64,000 nucleotides of DNA from Dendrobates tinctorius (taxonomy: Eukaryota), in NCBI RefSeq assembly GCF_039654945.1, contig NW_027361754.1, positions 7,750,001 to 7,814,000 of the forward strand. Direction: 5' to 3'. Below the pieces are notes generated by a model. It was not told where the DNA came from. It did not search any database and saw nothing but the letters and a program-made list of their open reading frames with translations. The translations under genes were made by a program, and so were the position numbers. Shown here piece after piece: positions 50,096 through 63,800 of this stretch. Every line of letters starts with the position of its first letter. Position 1 is the stretch's first letter.

Positions 50096-51271
50096 TGTGG
50101 CGCCCCTGAGGGTTCAGTCGCCACAGAGGTACTGCACCTCCTCCTGAGGTGTAGTATCCCACTCGCCATGTAAGATGGTAGCACCTGACCAAACTCCAGC
50201 ACCTACATCCAGCACAGACACCTTAGAACAGCAGAGCACCCTTTATGGCAGCTGCTTTGGTTCATGAAGGGAGCTGGGTGGAGCTTAGATTGCACTAAGA
50301 GAAGAAAGCTGACAGGAAGTTAGTCAGAGAATCCCCTGAGGGGGATGGAGAGAGGACATATTTGCAGCAGCCACCTGTGAGCTGGAGCTGCTGGCAAGGT
50401 AAGAGAGAAAAGAGAAAGATCAATTGTTCAGAAGAAAGATAGAAAAGTACGGAACATGAGGAGGAGAGAGAACTGGGATCGGAGCTAGAGCAGAGCCCTT
50501 TCCTAAGTTTAATGCGCCAAAGGCCGGGCGCCGTTATCCGAGGCTGTGTGTGATACTAATGATCCTATAGCGGAAACCAGAGGAATAGAAGTTGTGACAA
50601 CTTTATTCCCACCTAAGACTCGACGACACAGCAGCAATGTGTGTGAGCCAGGACATGATTGGAAGGAGTCCCCGAAGTAGGCTACAGCTGCCTGTCATGC
50701 GAGTGGAGTTCTAAGGAACAGCAAGAAAGAGGAACTTGAGTGTAATTCATAACTACCAATATTTCAGATTAGCACTAGAAAGGAGATGTTCAGAGAAGGC
50801 ATATTTGGAAGGGTGTATTCCATCTGCCTGGGAGTTGACTGAGCCCCTGACCTGGAGGACACGGCACTGAAGCAGGCATCTGTCTATGCCAGAAATGTGA
50901 GTAAAGTATTGGAACTGCATTCAGCTGTGTCATTGCCTTCTTCCTGCGCCAACCTACTCAGCACTGCTACATCTCTGTGCCTAACACTACACCTTCTACC
51001 TCAACATCTACTACTGCTGCCCTGGGACTACAGCTCTGCCTGTGGAGAGCTATTACATCTTTGCTGCACCACACCATCTGTTCCAGAGCATCTGCACTGC
51101 AGTGTTGGTCCCCCTTCTGACCAAATACCACAGGTGGCGTCATTTCCACCTATTTTGCATGGACACCCAGGGCCACGGACCGGGTCACCGTCACCGTGAC
51201 ACTTCTCCTTTAAGACACCGGCCCGGTATCAAGTAAAGTGAGAACCCCTCACTTGCCCTGGGGGTGATCAA
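50096..51271 (+). mobile_element. Solo LTR inserted in L1 ORF2
   Basis: The 4-bp TSD CAAA restores L1 GLTYLTYKTF. Homologous to 11224-12512. Confidence 0.85.
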
Positions 51272-53419
51272 CAAATATGTCAGCCCATTTGGCCCTGGAG
51301 ATTTACCCAAGTGGAGGTCCCTCAAAATGTCCAGAATTTCCTCCCGTGTCTCACTCTGATTAAGAGATGACAAGGCCTCAGTGGGGAGAATTGGAAGATT
51401 TAAACTTGACAAAAATTGATGCAATGCTCCAATTCTATCGGACTTATTTAAAAAGATAGTATCTTGTAAGTTATATAATTTACTATAGAAATTATAGAAT
51501 AAGTCCGAAATTGCAGTAGGATCATAATGGATTGTGCCGTCGGTACCTCTCAGCTCCTGGGGATAAAAATTCAAGGCTCTATCCTTCTACAATCTGGCCA
51601 AAAGTTTGTGAGCTTTGTTTCCTTTTTTGTAGTACTTTTGTTTAGTATAAAGATTGAGTTTCTCAACCCTACGCGATGTGAGGTGCTTCAATTTGTTTCT
51701 AAGCACCACAACCTTATTTAAGGTCCTCAATGAAGGCCAGGCTACCAACTTATGCGCCTCTCTTGATAATTGAGAAGTTAAGTTATCAAATTCCGCTTTA
51801 ACGTTTCCTTTTAATCTAGAACTCTCCTAAATACAGTACCCCCTCATGACGGCCTTATGGGCCTCCCATAGAACCAAAGGCGAAGAAACCGAGTCCTCAT
51901 TCAAATGGAAGAAGTCAGAGAGATGGTTCAGCAAAGTCTTCCGGATTATCGGGTCCTTTATTAGAAACTCATTCAACCTCCAGTGACACACCCTGGAAAT
52001 CGGTTGAGTGGATTTAAGGTCTAAACCCACCGGGGCATGATGAGACCAGGAGATGTGACCCAACTCTGCCTTCACCATCATCCTAAGGATCGGAATATTC
52101 GCAAAAAAATAATCTATTCTAGAATGGGTGTGGTGAGGGGGAGAGTAGAAGGAAAAGGTCCTGTCCCTAGGGTGGTCTGTTCTCCACACGTCAAACAAGG
52201 AATTAGTCCTAATTAGTTTTCTAAAGTCTCTCCCAGATTGATCAGGTTTTGTGGTGGAGGTTTACCACTTATAGAGAATCTATCAAATTGTTCCGAGAAA
52301 GGGATTTTGAAGTTTCCACCATCCATCAAGGCTGCTGGCAGTAGTTTTTGAATCAGGGAAAAAATCCTTCTCATAAATTTGATCTGACTTGAATTTGGAG
52401 CGTAAATATTACATAGAATGATAGGCCTACCTCTCAAAGAAGCCTCCAGTATGACATATCTGCCCTCAAGGTCAATGTGTGTTTTATTCACCTGTAGAGG
52501 ACAACCAGAGGAAATCAAGATGGCCACTCCCCCTCTCTTATTATTTGAGAACCCAGAATGTGAAACGGAAAAGAAGCCAGAGGCGAACCTGAAGGAGCCT
52601 TTGTTATCAAAATGTGTCTTCTGAAGGAAGGCAATATCAGCCTTTCAGGACTTCAACTCCCGTAGGCCAAGCCTCCTCTTTCTAGGGCTCCTCTATCTAG
52701 GGGAGTTAAGCCCCTTGACATTTAAAGATAGTATGCATAACATTTAGGATTGTAAAGAGTACTCACAAGCATATGATCACCAAGAGCCAATTCCATTCTC
52801 ACCCCCCCCCCCCCCCCCGAGAAGCAGTACCAGACCCTCTCCTCCAGGATATTTTGCGAGCTGAGTTCCGGAACTCGCAGATGGGGGGTTGGAGAAGGGG
52901 AAAACAGTAGGTAGTGGGGAAGACAAGGACAACAAAGAACACAGAGAAAAAAACAAACAATATAAGTAAGTAAAACACCAAATTTTCCAGGAGTAGGAAG
53001 CCTGGTCTGTGACTGACTGTGGAAAATAGCAAACCCACAAGGTTAATAATACACAGCAGCCACAGAAAATTTGTCAGGGAGACGTAGCCCACCGCCTAAA
53101 CCACGAAAGGGGAAAACAACAATAAAGGGCAATCTCTTGACAAAGGGCCAAACAGGGTACTCCCAGGCACATAACATCATCAATTTGCAGGTCACCCTTT
53201 TAAAGAGGGTGAAAAGAGAAATGGCTATTAAACTGTTATAAAATGCTATAGAAATGAGCCTGCACCGGCTAATACATTTAAAGAGTCTTAAGTAATTGTC
53301 AGAACCAAGTTTTGCATTCTTTATGACGATCCTGCTGGTTCCAAACCGGAGATAGAAGCTGACAAGCTGGGACAGGGATGTCACAATCAGAAATCTTGGG
53401 GACCTGGAGATCCAATTTC

Positions 53420-54118
53420 TCACAAAAGGATTGCAGATCTTATAGGGAGCGCAGAGTCATTGACACACCCTCTCTGGGCAGTTAAGGCAAAGGGGAACCC
53501 CCACCTGTAGGGGATGTAGAGATCCTTCAGAGTGGACAATAAAGGTTGGAGGAATCTCCTCTTTTGTAAAGTTATGCGATATAGGTCCGGGAATAAATGA
53601 ATGGCGGTGTCCTGATACAAAATCTCCTTCAGGGACCCGGACTTCCTCATAATCCTCTCCTTAATTTCAAAGTCGTGGAGACAGCAAATAATGTCTCTTG
53701 GTAAAGAAGAAGCTCCTTTGGGCAGTAAGGCCCGATGTGCCCGATCAAATTTAAAGGGAGTGGAGACTGGCTCGCCTAAGATGGAGGCGAATATTTCATG
53801 AAGAAATATTTTAACATTTCCCTGTCCATCCGATTCAGGGACTCCCCTCACTCTGATGTTACACCTCCTGCCCCTGGTATCCAAGTCCTCTACTTGAACT
53901 TGCAGGTCTCTGGCCACCTTCTGCTGCATACTCAATGTCTGGTGCAAGTTAGCCACATGGAATCTTGTTTCATCATGCTCTCCTTCCAAAGAATCAATTC
54001 TGCCCGCCAAAAGCTGCAGGTCCTGGCGCACACATGCAAATTCTGACCTGCAAGCGTCTTTGACCTCTGTTTTTAATGCCTTAAAGTCCTGCCTTGAAGG
54101 GAAACGAGAGAGGAACAT
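53420..54118 (-). pseudogene. L1 ORF1p (coiled coil + RRM/CTD) remnant
   Basis: EDLDTRGRRCNIRVRGVPES, DRAHR, PRDII, IHLFPDL, YRWGFP. Confidence 0.88.
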
Positions 54119-54740
54119 CAGCCACTGTGGGGGTAGATGATCGTCCGGGAGGCCACCCTCTTCATCAGAGGCCCCTCTAAATAATCGCTCCCATCCTCAG
54201 TGCATGTATTAATAGGGGTTAACTTAGGAGGTTATTTATGAGGGGCAGAGACCCCTTTATTCCTCTGAGTCCTATTCCCCTCCTTATGAGACCCTGTGTG
54301 GGTGAAATGATGCAAGGACTCTGTAAGTTGAGGATGATCAGGTGAGGGAGGAAAATGGCTGCTCCCCACAGCGTGCTGCACAGCGCGCAGGACCGCAGAA
54401 TGCTGGCCAGGAGATGAGAGCTCTTGCAATAATCCAGAAAGGCAGCACAAGTTTGGAGGATCATTTAGATGTGGAGCTACAGTGGGTACGGAAAGTATTC
54501 AGACCCCTTTAAAAATTTTCACTCTTTGTTTCATTGCAGCCATTTGGTAAATTCAAAAAAGTTCATTTTTTTTCTCATTAATGTACACTCTGCACCGCAT
54601 CTTGACTGAAAAAAAAAAAATAAATGTAGAAATTTTTGCAAACTTATTAAAAAAGAAAAACTGAAATATCACATGGTCATACACACCTGTCTATATAAGA
54701 CCTCACAGCTCACAGTGCATGTCAGACCAAATGAGGTCTA

Positions 54741-56188
54741 CCTCGGAGTAAAGCCCCCATCACACACAGCAATCTCGCTAGCGAGATCGCTGCTGAGTCA
54801 CAAGTTTTATGACACAACAGCGATCTCACCAGCGAGATCGCTGTGTGTGACACTTACCAGCGACCGGCCCCCCTGCCGGTTATCGCTGATCGTCCTGGAA
54901 TGGTCAGGACATTTTTTTGATCGCTGGTCTCCCGCTGGCCAGCACGCATCGCTGCATGTGACAGGTGGGAGACCAGCGATCAGCGAGCTGGCGCTGGTAA
55001 CTAAGGTAAACAGAGGGTTTCTAAGCAGCGCGCAGCGCTTAGAAACCCGATGTGTACCTTAGTTACCAGCGCGCTGGTGCAGGGAGCTGGTAACCAAGGT
55101 ACACATCGGGTTTCTAAGTGCCGCACACCGCTTAGAAACCCGATGTGTACCTTGATTGCCAGCTCCCTGCACCAGCACGCTGGTAACTAAGGTACACAGT
55201 GGGTAACTAAGCGACATGCGTCGCTTGTTACCCACGTGTCGCTGGTGCTGATCGTTGGTGAAGCTGCCTGTTTGGCAGCTCACCAGCGATCATGTAGTGA
55301 CACACCAGCGATCCTGACAAGGTAATATCGTTGTCGGAATCGCTGGTGCGTCGCTATGTGTGACGGGGCCCTAACTCTTGACTCTGCCATGTCCTTCAAA
55401 CCACACGTTCAAACTCTTGCCACCTCCTGTCGCCTCCAACTCAAAAATATTTCCAGAATCCATCCTTTCCTCAACCCTCAATCTACTAAAACTCTTGTAC
55501 ATGCCCTCATCATCTCCCGCCTTGACTACTACAACACTCTCCTCTGTGGCCTCCCTGCTAACTCTCTTGCACCACTCCAGCCTGTCCTCAATTCTGCTTC
55601 CTGACTAATCCACATCTCTCCTCGCTACTCCCCTGTCTCTCCCCTCTGCAAATCCTTCCACTGGCTCCCAATTCCCCAACGAATCCAGTTCAAACTACTA
55701 ACATTGACCTACAAAGCCATCTATAACCTGTCCCCTCCCTATATCTCTGAACTAATCTCCCAATATCTTCCCTCATGTAATCCTCGATCCTCCCAAGACC
55801 TCCTACTCTCCTCCACACTTATTCGTTCCTCACACAACCGCCTCCAAGATTTCTTCCGAATATCCCCCATCCTCTGGAATTCCATGCCTAAACACGTCCG
55901 ATTATCCACCACCCTCGGATCTTTCAAACGGAACCTTAAAACCCATCTTTTCAGGAAAGCTTACAGTCATAACCATTCTGCTGCCTCCCCACCACCCGAG
56001 CTGCTGCACTCCCGACCTTCTGTCTCTTCCCCACTATCCTGTAGAATGTAAGTCCGCAAGGACAGGGTCCTCTCCCCTCTGCACCAGGCTGTCATTTTAA
56101 ATTTCTTTACTGTTAACAATATCTATAACTTTGTATGTAACCCCCTTCTCATGCACAGCACCATGGAATTAATGGTGCTATATAAATA

Positions 56189-56225
<37 letters not shown>
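54741..56225 (+). mobile_element. L2 3' fragment with an (AAT)n tail
   Basis: LDSAMSFKPH, SRLDYYN, LKTHLFRKAY. Homologous to 38080-38930. Confidence 0.88.
54752..55371. mobile_element. Harbinger-type MITE (inverted sister of 16981-17781, about 2 internal 93-bp units)
   Basis: Same TIRs. The TAA TSD restores the L2 sequence CTCGGAGTAACTCTTGAC. Confidence 0.9.
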
Positions 56226-58092
56226 TAGGAGAATCATGAGGTCAAAGGAATGGGCCAAAGAGCTCAGAGACAGAATTGTGGCAAGGCACAAATCTAGCCA
56301 AGGTTACAAAAGAATTTCTGAAGTACTCAAGGTTCCTAAGAGCACAGTGGCCTCTATAATCCTTAAATGGAAGACATTTGGGACCACCAGAAATCTTCCT
56401 TGACCTGGCTGTCCAGCCAAACTGAGCAATCATGAAAGAAGAGCCTTGGTGAGAGAGGTAAAGAAGAACCCCAAGATTACTATGGCTGAGCTCCACAGAT
56501 GCAGTAGGGAGATGGGAGAAAGTTCCACAAAGTCAACTATCACTGCAGCCCTCCACCAGTCGGGCCTTTATGGCAGAGTGGCCCGACCAAAGCCTCTCCT
56601 CAGTGCCAGACATTTGAAAGCCCGCATAGAGTTTTCTAAAAATCACATGAAGGACTCTCAGACTAGAACATTTTGGTGATAGTTCTAAGCGGTATGTGTG
56701 GAGAAAACCAGGCACTGCTCATCACCTGCCCAATACAATCTCAACAGTGAAACATGGTGGTGGCAGCATCATGCTATGGGGGTGCTTTTCAGCTGCAGGG
56801 ACAGGATGACCGGTTGCAATTGAAGGAAACATGAATGCGGCCAAGTACAGAGATATCATGGATGAAAACCTCTTCCAGAGTCCTCTGGACTTTAGACTTG
56901 GCCGAAGGTTCACCTTCCAACAAGACAATGACCCTAACCACACAGCAAAAATAACAAAGGAGTGGCTTCAGAACAACTCTGTGACCATTATTAACTGGCT
57001 CAGTCAGAGCCCTGACCTAAACCCAATTGAACATCTCTGGAGAGACCTGAAAATGGCTGTCCACCAATGTTCACCATTCAACCTGACGGAACTGGAGACG
57101 ATCTGCAAGAAAGAATGGCAGAGGATCCCCAAATCCAGGTGTGAAAAACTTGTTACATCATTACCAAGAAGACTCATGGCTGTACTAGCTCAAAAGTGTG
57201 CTTCTTAGAAACTCAATACTGAGCAAAGGGTCTGAATACTTATGACTAGAGTTGAGCGACTTTTGCTTTTTTAGGGTCGCGTTTCGTTTCGTGAAACCCG
57301 ACTTTTCCAAAAGTCGGGTCGAGCAAGATCGTCCGATTATAGGGAAAAGTCGGGGTCGTCCCGAAACACGAAACCCAATGTAAGTCAATGGGGAATAAAA
57401 GTCGGCAGTGAGAGGAGGACAGGAAACACACCTACAGTGCCCATTTGAATGCCAAAAGCATCAATTCTTCTTACTTAAGCTTGTCAACCTTAATTAACTT
57501 CATAATACAAGTTACGCACTGAAAAATGGGGGTTATTTGGCTAAATTTGTGGGGGGGGAGGGCTGGCTGCAGGTTTTCATGTGCCCTGGGCGAAAGAGCG
57601 CCCCTTTAACACATACCACAACTCATCATGCTCCGATACGGCAGAGAAATAGCGGTATAGTACAATGAAAAATACCTCACTTTTTACATCTCATGACGAG
57701 GCCCATCTATTTCTCCATACAAAATCATTGGTCCCATATAATGTTTGAAACAGTATATGATGAGCTCCACATAATGCTACAGTATATGTTGGTCCCCATG
57801 GATGAAGCTCCACTGTCTTATGGGCCCAAATAATGCTCCAAACATAATGGGCCCCATTTCTAATGCTCTAGTGTATAATGGGCCCTGTAAATGCTGCTCC
57901 AGTGTCTGATGTCCACCTTTGGAATGTTCCAGTGTATGGTGGGCCCCATCTATCATTCTCCAGAGTATAGTGCTCCCCAAAAATTGCTGTCCCAACATAG
58001 AAAACAATCAAATAAGTCTCCTCGTTAGGGAATCCCTGTACTTGTCTGGACAGGTGCTGTAGCTTGCTTAACAGCTCGCCAGCCGTTCTCAC

Positions 58093-60447
58093 GCCCAGTA
58101 TGGATTGCACGTGATTGCACAAAGGTTAGAAAGGGTACCGTATCCCTGGATAACATGTATGGATAGCGTACACATTCAAAATATATGTCTATACAGCATG
58201 AGGCAGGCTCAGACAGTGTTAGGCCCAGTATGGATTGCACGTCATTGCACAAAGGTTAGAAGGGGTACCGTATCCCCGGATAACATGTATGGATAGCGTA
58301 CACATTCAAAATATATGTCTATACAGCATGAGGCAGGCTCAGACGGTGTTAGGCCCAGTATGGATTGCACGTCATTGCACAAAGGTTAGAAGGGGTACCG
58401 TATCCCCGGATAACATGTATGGATAGCGTACACATTCAAAATATATGTCTATACAGCATGAGGCAGGCTCAGACGGTGTTAGGCCCAGTATGGATTGCAC
58501 GTCATTGCACAAAGGTTAGAAGGGGTACCGTATCCCCGGATAACATGTATGGATAGCGTACACATTCAAAATATATGTCTATACAGCATGAGGCAGGCTC
58601 AGACGGTGTTAGGCCCAGTATGGATTGCACGTCATTGCACAAAGGTTAGAAGGGGTACCGTATCCCCGGATAACGTATGGATAGCGTACACATTCAAAAT
58701 ATATGTCTATACAGCATGAGGCAGGCTCAGACGGTGTTAGGCCCAGTATGGATTGCACGTCATTGCACAAAGGTTAGAAGGGGTACCGTATCCCCGGATA
58801 ACATGTATGGATAGCGTACACATTCAAAATATATGTCTATACAGCATGAGGCAGGCTCAGACGGTGTTAGGCCCAGTATGGATTGCACGTCATTGCACAA
58901 AGGTTAGAAGGGGTACCGTATCCCCGGATAACATGTATGGATAGCGTACACATTCAAAATATATGTCTATACAGCATGAGGCAGGCTCAGACGGTGTTAG
59001 GCCCAGTATGGATTGCACGTCATTGCACAAAGGTTAGAAGGGGTACCTGTATCCCCGGATAACATGTATGGATAGCGTACACATTCAAAATATATGTCTA
59101 TACAGCATGAGGCAGGCTCAGACGGTGTTAGGCCCAGTATGGATTGCATGTGATTGCACAAAGGTTAGAAAGGGTACCGTATCCCCGGATAACATGTATG
59201 GATAGCGTACACATTCAAAATATATGTCTATACAGCATGAGGCAGGCTCAGACGGTGTTAGGCCCAGTATGGATTGCACGTCATTGCACAGAGGTTAGAA
59301 GGGGTACCGTATCCCCGGATAACATGTATGGATAGCGTACACATTCAAAATATATGTCTATACAGCATGAGGCAGGCTCAGACGGTGTTAGGCCCAGTAT
59401 GGATTGCACGTCATTGCACAAAGGTTAGAAGGGGTACCGTATCCCCGGATAACATGTATGGATAGCGTACACATTCAAAATATATGTCTATACAGCATGA
59501 GGCAGGCTCAGACGGTGTTAGGCCCAGTATGGATTGCACGTGATTGCACAAAGGTTAGAAAGGGTACCGTATCCCTGGATAACATGTATGGATAGCGTAC
59601 ACATTCAAAATATATGTCTATACAGCATGAGGCAGGCTCAGACGGTGTTAGGCCCAGTATGGATTGCACGTCATTGCACAAAGGTTAGAAGGGGTACCGT
59701 ATCCCCGGATAACATGTATGGATAGCGTACACATTCAAAATATATGTCTATACAGCATGAGGCAGGCTCAGACGGTGTTAGGCCCAGTATGGATTGCACG
59801 TCATTGCACAAAGGTTAGAAGGGGTACCGTATCCCCGGATAACATGTATGGATAGCGTACACATTCAAAATATATGTCTATACAGCATGAGGCAGGCTCA
59901 GACGGTGTTAGGCCCAGTATGGATTGCACGTCATTGCACAAAGGTTAGAAAGGGTACCGTATCCCTGGATAACATGTATGGATAGCGTACACATTCAAAA
60001 TATATGTCTATACAGCATGAGGCAGGCTCAGACGGTGTTAGGCCCAGTATGGATTGCACGTCATTGCACAAAGGTTAGAAAGGGTACCGTATCCCTGGAT
60101 AACATGTATGGATAGCGTACACATTCAAAATATATGTCTATACAGCATGAGGCAGGCTCAGACGGTGTTAGGCCCAGTATGGATTGCACGTCATTGCACA
60201 AAGGTTAGAAGGGGTACCGTATCCCCGGATAACATGTATGGATAGCGTACACATTCAAAATATATGTCTATACAGCATGAGGCAGGCTCAGACGGTGTTA
60301 GGCCCAGTATGGATTGCACGTCATTGCACAAAGTTTAGAAGGGGTAACGTATCCCCGGATAACATGTATAGATAGCGTACACATTCAAAATATATGTCTA
60401 TACATCAGGAGGCAGGCTCAGACGGTGTCAGGCACAGTATGGATTTG
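58093..60447. repeat. 130-bp tandem satellite, about 18 near-identical units
   Basis: Unit starts GCCCAGTATGGATTGCACG at 58093, 58223, 58353 ... 60302. One unit is 128 bp and one is 131 bp. Confidence 0.98.
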
Positions 60448-60863
60448 ACGGCCCAGATTACACAGCGGAGGAGCAGGGAGAGGTAAAGATTGCAAATGCT
60501 GGGGCCCTGGCCAAGCAAGGGGGGCCCACTCGTGGGCGTCGGTACTGGCACTGGGCCCCTCATAGTACAGCGGTGTGTCTGATGGCGGGTGTGCACCACC
60601 ACGTCAGAGACACTTGATTGCACTATGAGGGACCCTGTGCCAGTGCCCGCGCCCAAGAGTCGGCCTACCCACCTGTCCAGGGCAACGGCACTCGCACGGT
60701 GTCGTGCGCTAGGTGGTGACCCCGGCCATGGGGGGGGAGGCAGCACAGTTAGGGAGTTTTAGAAAGTGGCATATGTTGATGTTGGACATTCAACTGATGC
60801 AAAAGGCGAAATAGGTGAAGTACCAGGAAGAGGTGGACCAAAGCAAGCCATTTTTCTGTCACC

Positions 60864-63800
60864 CTATGTGTCATCAGGGGAAGGTGGGACAAAATCCTTG
60901 GAAACCCATGCGTGGTTCATTTTAATGAAGGTTAGATCATCCACATTTTGGGTTGACAGACGGGTCCTTTTTTCTGTCAGGATTGATCCAGCTGCACTGA
61001 AGACTCTTTCCGATAGCACACTTGCAGCTGGGCAAGCGAGCTCCTGTAAGGCATATTGGGCCAATTCAGGCCAGGTGTCCAGTTTAGCGGCCCAATAGTC
61101 AAAGGAGAATGACCTGTGTGGGAGAACATCGATATGGGAGGAAAAGTAGTTTGTAACCATAGTTGACAACTGCTGTCTCCTGTCACTTTCCATCGATGCA
61201 GTATTACCAGTTGTGTGAGCGGTATTTGAAAAATCAGTCCACAACATTGTCATGAAACCCCTGACTCCAACGCCACTTCTGCTGTGTGCACCACGAACAC
61301 CTCTGCCAAGCTGCCCCCGGCCCGTACGGCTCGTGTGAGAACCATCACCGCTGCTGTGTGCTGGGAATGCCTCAAGCAACCGATTTACCAGAGTTGCTTG
61401 TTTATTAGCCAATATTAGGTCAAGGTTCTCCTGTGGCATGATGTTTTGTAATTTGCCTTTATAGCGTGGATCCAGGATGCTGGCCAACCAGTAGTCGTCA
61501 TCGTTCATCATTTTGGCAATGCGGGGGGTCCCTTTTTAGGATCCGCAAGGCATAATCTGACATGTGGGCCAATGTTCCCGGTGTCAATGATGCACTGCGA
61601 GTGCTGGGTGGAGGAGCACTTTCTGGCAAATCCACATCCCTCCAGTCACGCACAAACCCTGTACCAGACCTTGCCACGCCAACATTTTCACTTGCCCCAC
61701 GAGATGCATCCTCCTCCCCTAAGTAATCATCCCCATCATCCTCCTCCTCCTCCTCCTCTTCTTCCTCCACCTCGTCCAGGAGAGGTCCCGGAGCAGACAA
61801 TGGCTGAATGTCATCAAGGATTCCCTCCTCCTCTTCCTCCTCATCAACATTGGCTGCAGACGCCTGCTCCTTAAGGTGCGTCAAAGTTTGCATGAGCAGA
61901 CGCATAAGTGGGATGCTCATGCTTAGGATGGCGTCGTCTGCGCTTACCAGCCGTGTGCATTCCTCAAAACACTGAAGGACTTTACAAAGGTCTTTCAGCT
62001 TCGACCACTGCACGCCTGTCAACTCCATGTCTGCTCTCAAAGTGCCTGGCCGTGTATCCTCCCACAAATGCATTATGGCCTGCCTCTGCTCGCACAGCCG
62101 CTCCACCATGTGCAGGGTGGAGTTCCACCTTGTTGCAATGTCGATAATGAGGCGGTGGTTGGGAAGGTGGAGCAATCGCTGCAGCTTCTGCATACTAACG
62201 GAGTGTACAGGCGAACGGCGGATGTGCGCGCACAGTCTTCGCACCTTCTGGAGTAGGGCTGTTAACTCCGGATAATTTTTGAGGAAGCACTGCACCACCA
62301 GGTTCAAGGTGTGAGCCAAGCAAGGTATGTGGCTGAGTTTTGAAAGGGCTATGGCTGCCACAAAATTACGGCCGTTATCACTAACTACCTTGCCTGCCTC
62401 AAGATGTACACTGCCCAGCCATGACTCAGTTTGTCGCTTCAAGTACTCGGCCAGCACCTCGGCGGTGTGTCTGTCGCCCAAACACATCATCTGCAACACA
62501 GCCTGCTGACGCTTTCCACTAGCTGCTCGATAGGGGGACACATCGTGTGCAACAGTGGCAGCTGCAGATGGAGTGCTCGTACGACTGCGCTCTGTGGACG
62601 AGCTGTCGCTTCTGGAGGAGGAGGAGGAGGGTCGAACGCCTACAGCCAACTGTTTCCTAGACCGTGGGCTAGGCAGCACTGTCCCACCACCGCTGTCCCC
62701 TGTGGACCCTGCATCCACCACATTAACCCAGTGCGCAGTGATGGACACGTAACGGCCCTGGCCATGCCGACTGGACCATGCATCAGTTGTGAGGTGCACC
62801 TTTCCGCTCACTGACTGCTTGAGTGCATGGACAATGCGGTCTTTCACATGATGGTGGAGGGCTGGGATGGCTTTGCGAGAGAAGAAGTGGCGACTGGGTA
62901 GGTCATAGCGTGGTACTGCATAGGCCATGAGTTCGCGGAAAGCTGTGCTTTCCACCAACCGAAAGGGCATCATCTCAAACGAGATTAGTTTGGCAATGTG
63001 GGCGTTCAAACCCAGTGTACGCGGATGAGAGACTGAGTACTTTCTTGACCTACTCATAGTGTCTGGGAGGGTGAGCTGGACTTGAGAGCTGCATATGGTG
63101 GAAGTAGCGGTGGACAGGGCGGACTGAGAGAGGGTTGATGATGGTGATGGAGTTGGTGTTCTTTCTGATGGCCTAGAATCAGTCTTTCGTTGATATAACA
63201 GTGGGATTCCCTGACTGCTGTGGCCTTGCAACGACACCTCAACATTTGCTGCTGTGCTAACCGGTGTGCTTACAGTGGGGGAAACAATGTAGCGTTGCTG
63301 ACTACCTTCGTTGTGATCAGTTGCACATGTGGCACTTGAGGTTTGGTGTTGTGTCCACGCTTGCAAGTGCATGCTGGTTAAATGTCTAAGCATGCAACTG
63401 GTATTCAAATTTTTCAGATTTTTCCCTCGGCTAAAGGTCTTTGCGCACTTCTTACAGATAACCTTGGCCTGATCATGAGGATTTTGTTCAAAAAACTGCC
63501 ACACTGCACTCTTCCTACTTTGGCAGACATTTTGCGGCCTAGCACGCTGTGATCTTTTGACCCTCTGGACAAGCTGTCCAGCAACTCTTTTGATGTTTGG
63601 AACCTGTCTTTGGAGTGCTCCGGGCCTGCCAGATAACAGCTGTTGCGATGTCGATGTCTGCTGTGGATGCTCCTCATCTGAGCTATTGGAAGCAGCACCC
63701 TCTTCCCCCAATGGATGCCAATCTGGGTCAACAACTGGGTCATCCATCACCTCCTCTTCTATGTCATGTGCACCTTTCTCTGTGTCACCGTGTATGGTGG

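Larger units (their letters stand above)
44932..52742 (-). pseudogene. L1 ORF2p remnant (endonuclease, RT, Cys-rich tail)
   Basis: SLNVKGLNSP, CNIYAPN, SRIDYFF, GKSPGPNG, LNSDFKIF, SLDAEKAFD, GQGCPLS, LFVDDVLL, CWRC..GTLYH. Many frameshifts. Confidence 0.9.
44800..54420 (-). mobile_element. Near full-length, degraded L1 LINE interrupted by CR1 and LTR insertions
   Basis: ORF1, spacer, APE endonuclease, RT and C-terminal Cys/His motif all occur in L1 order on the minus strand. Outer boundaries are approximate. Confidence 0.9.
54480..57246 (+). mobile_element. Degraded Tc1 element interrupted by L2 and cut by a hAT insertion
   Basis: TA + CAGTGGGTACGGAAAGTATTCAGACC. Transposase remnants at 56236-57208 ([18 protein letters not shown]) with stops and frameshifts. 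Confidence 0.88.

Noticed and set aside
58093-60447. CRISPR-like array, or a tandem family of 63-aa peptides
   Set aside because: Units are identical end to end with no unique spacers, no cas genes are present, and the context is eukaryotic. The ORFs use non-ATG starts. I saw no ribozyme or tRNA/5S motif in the unit.
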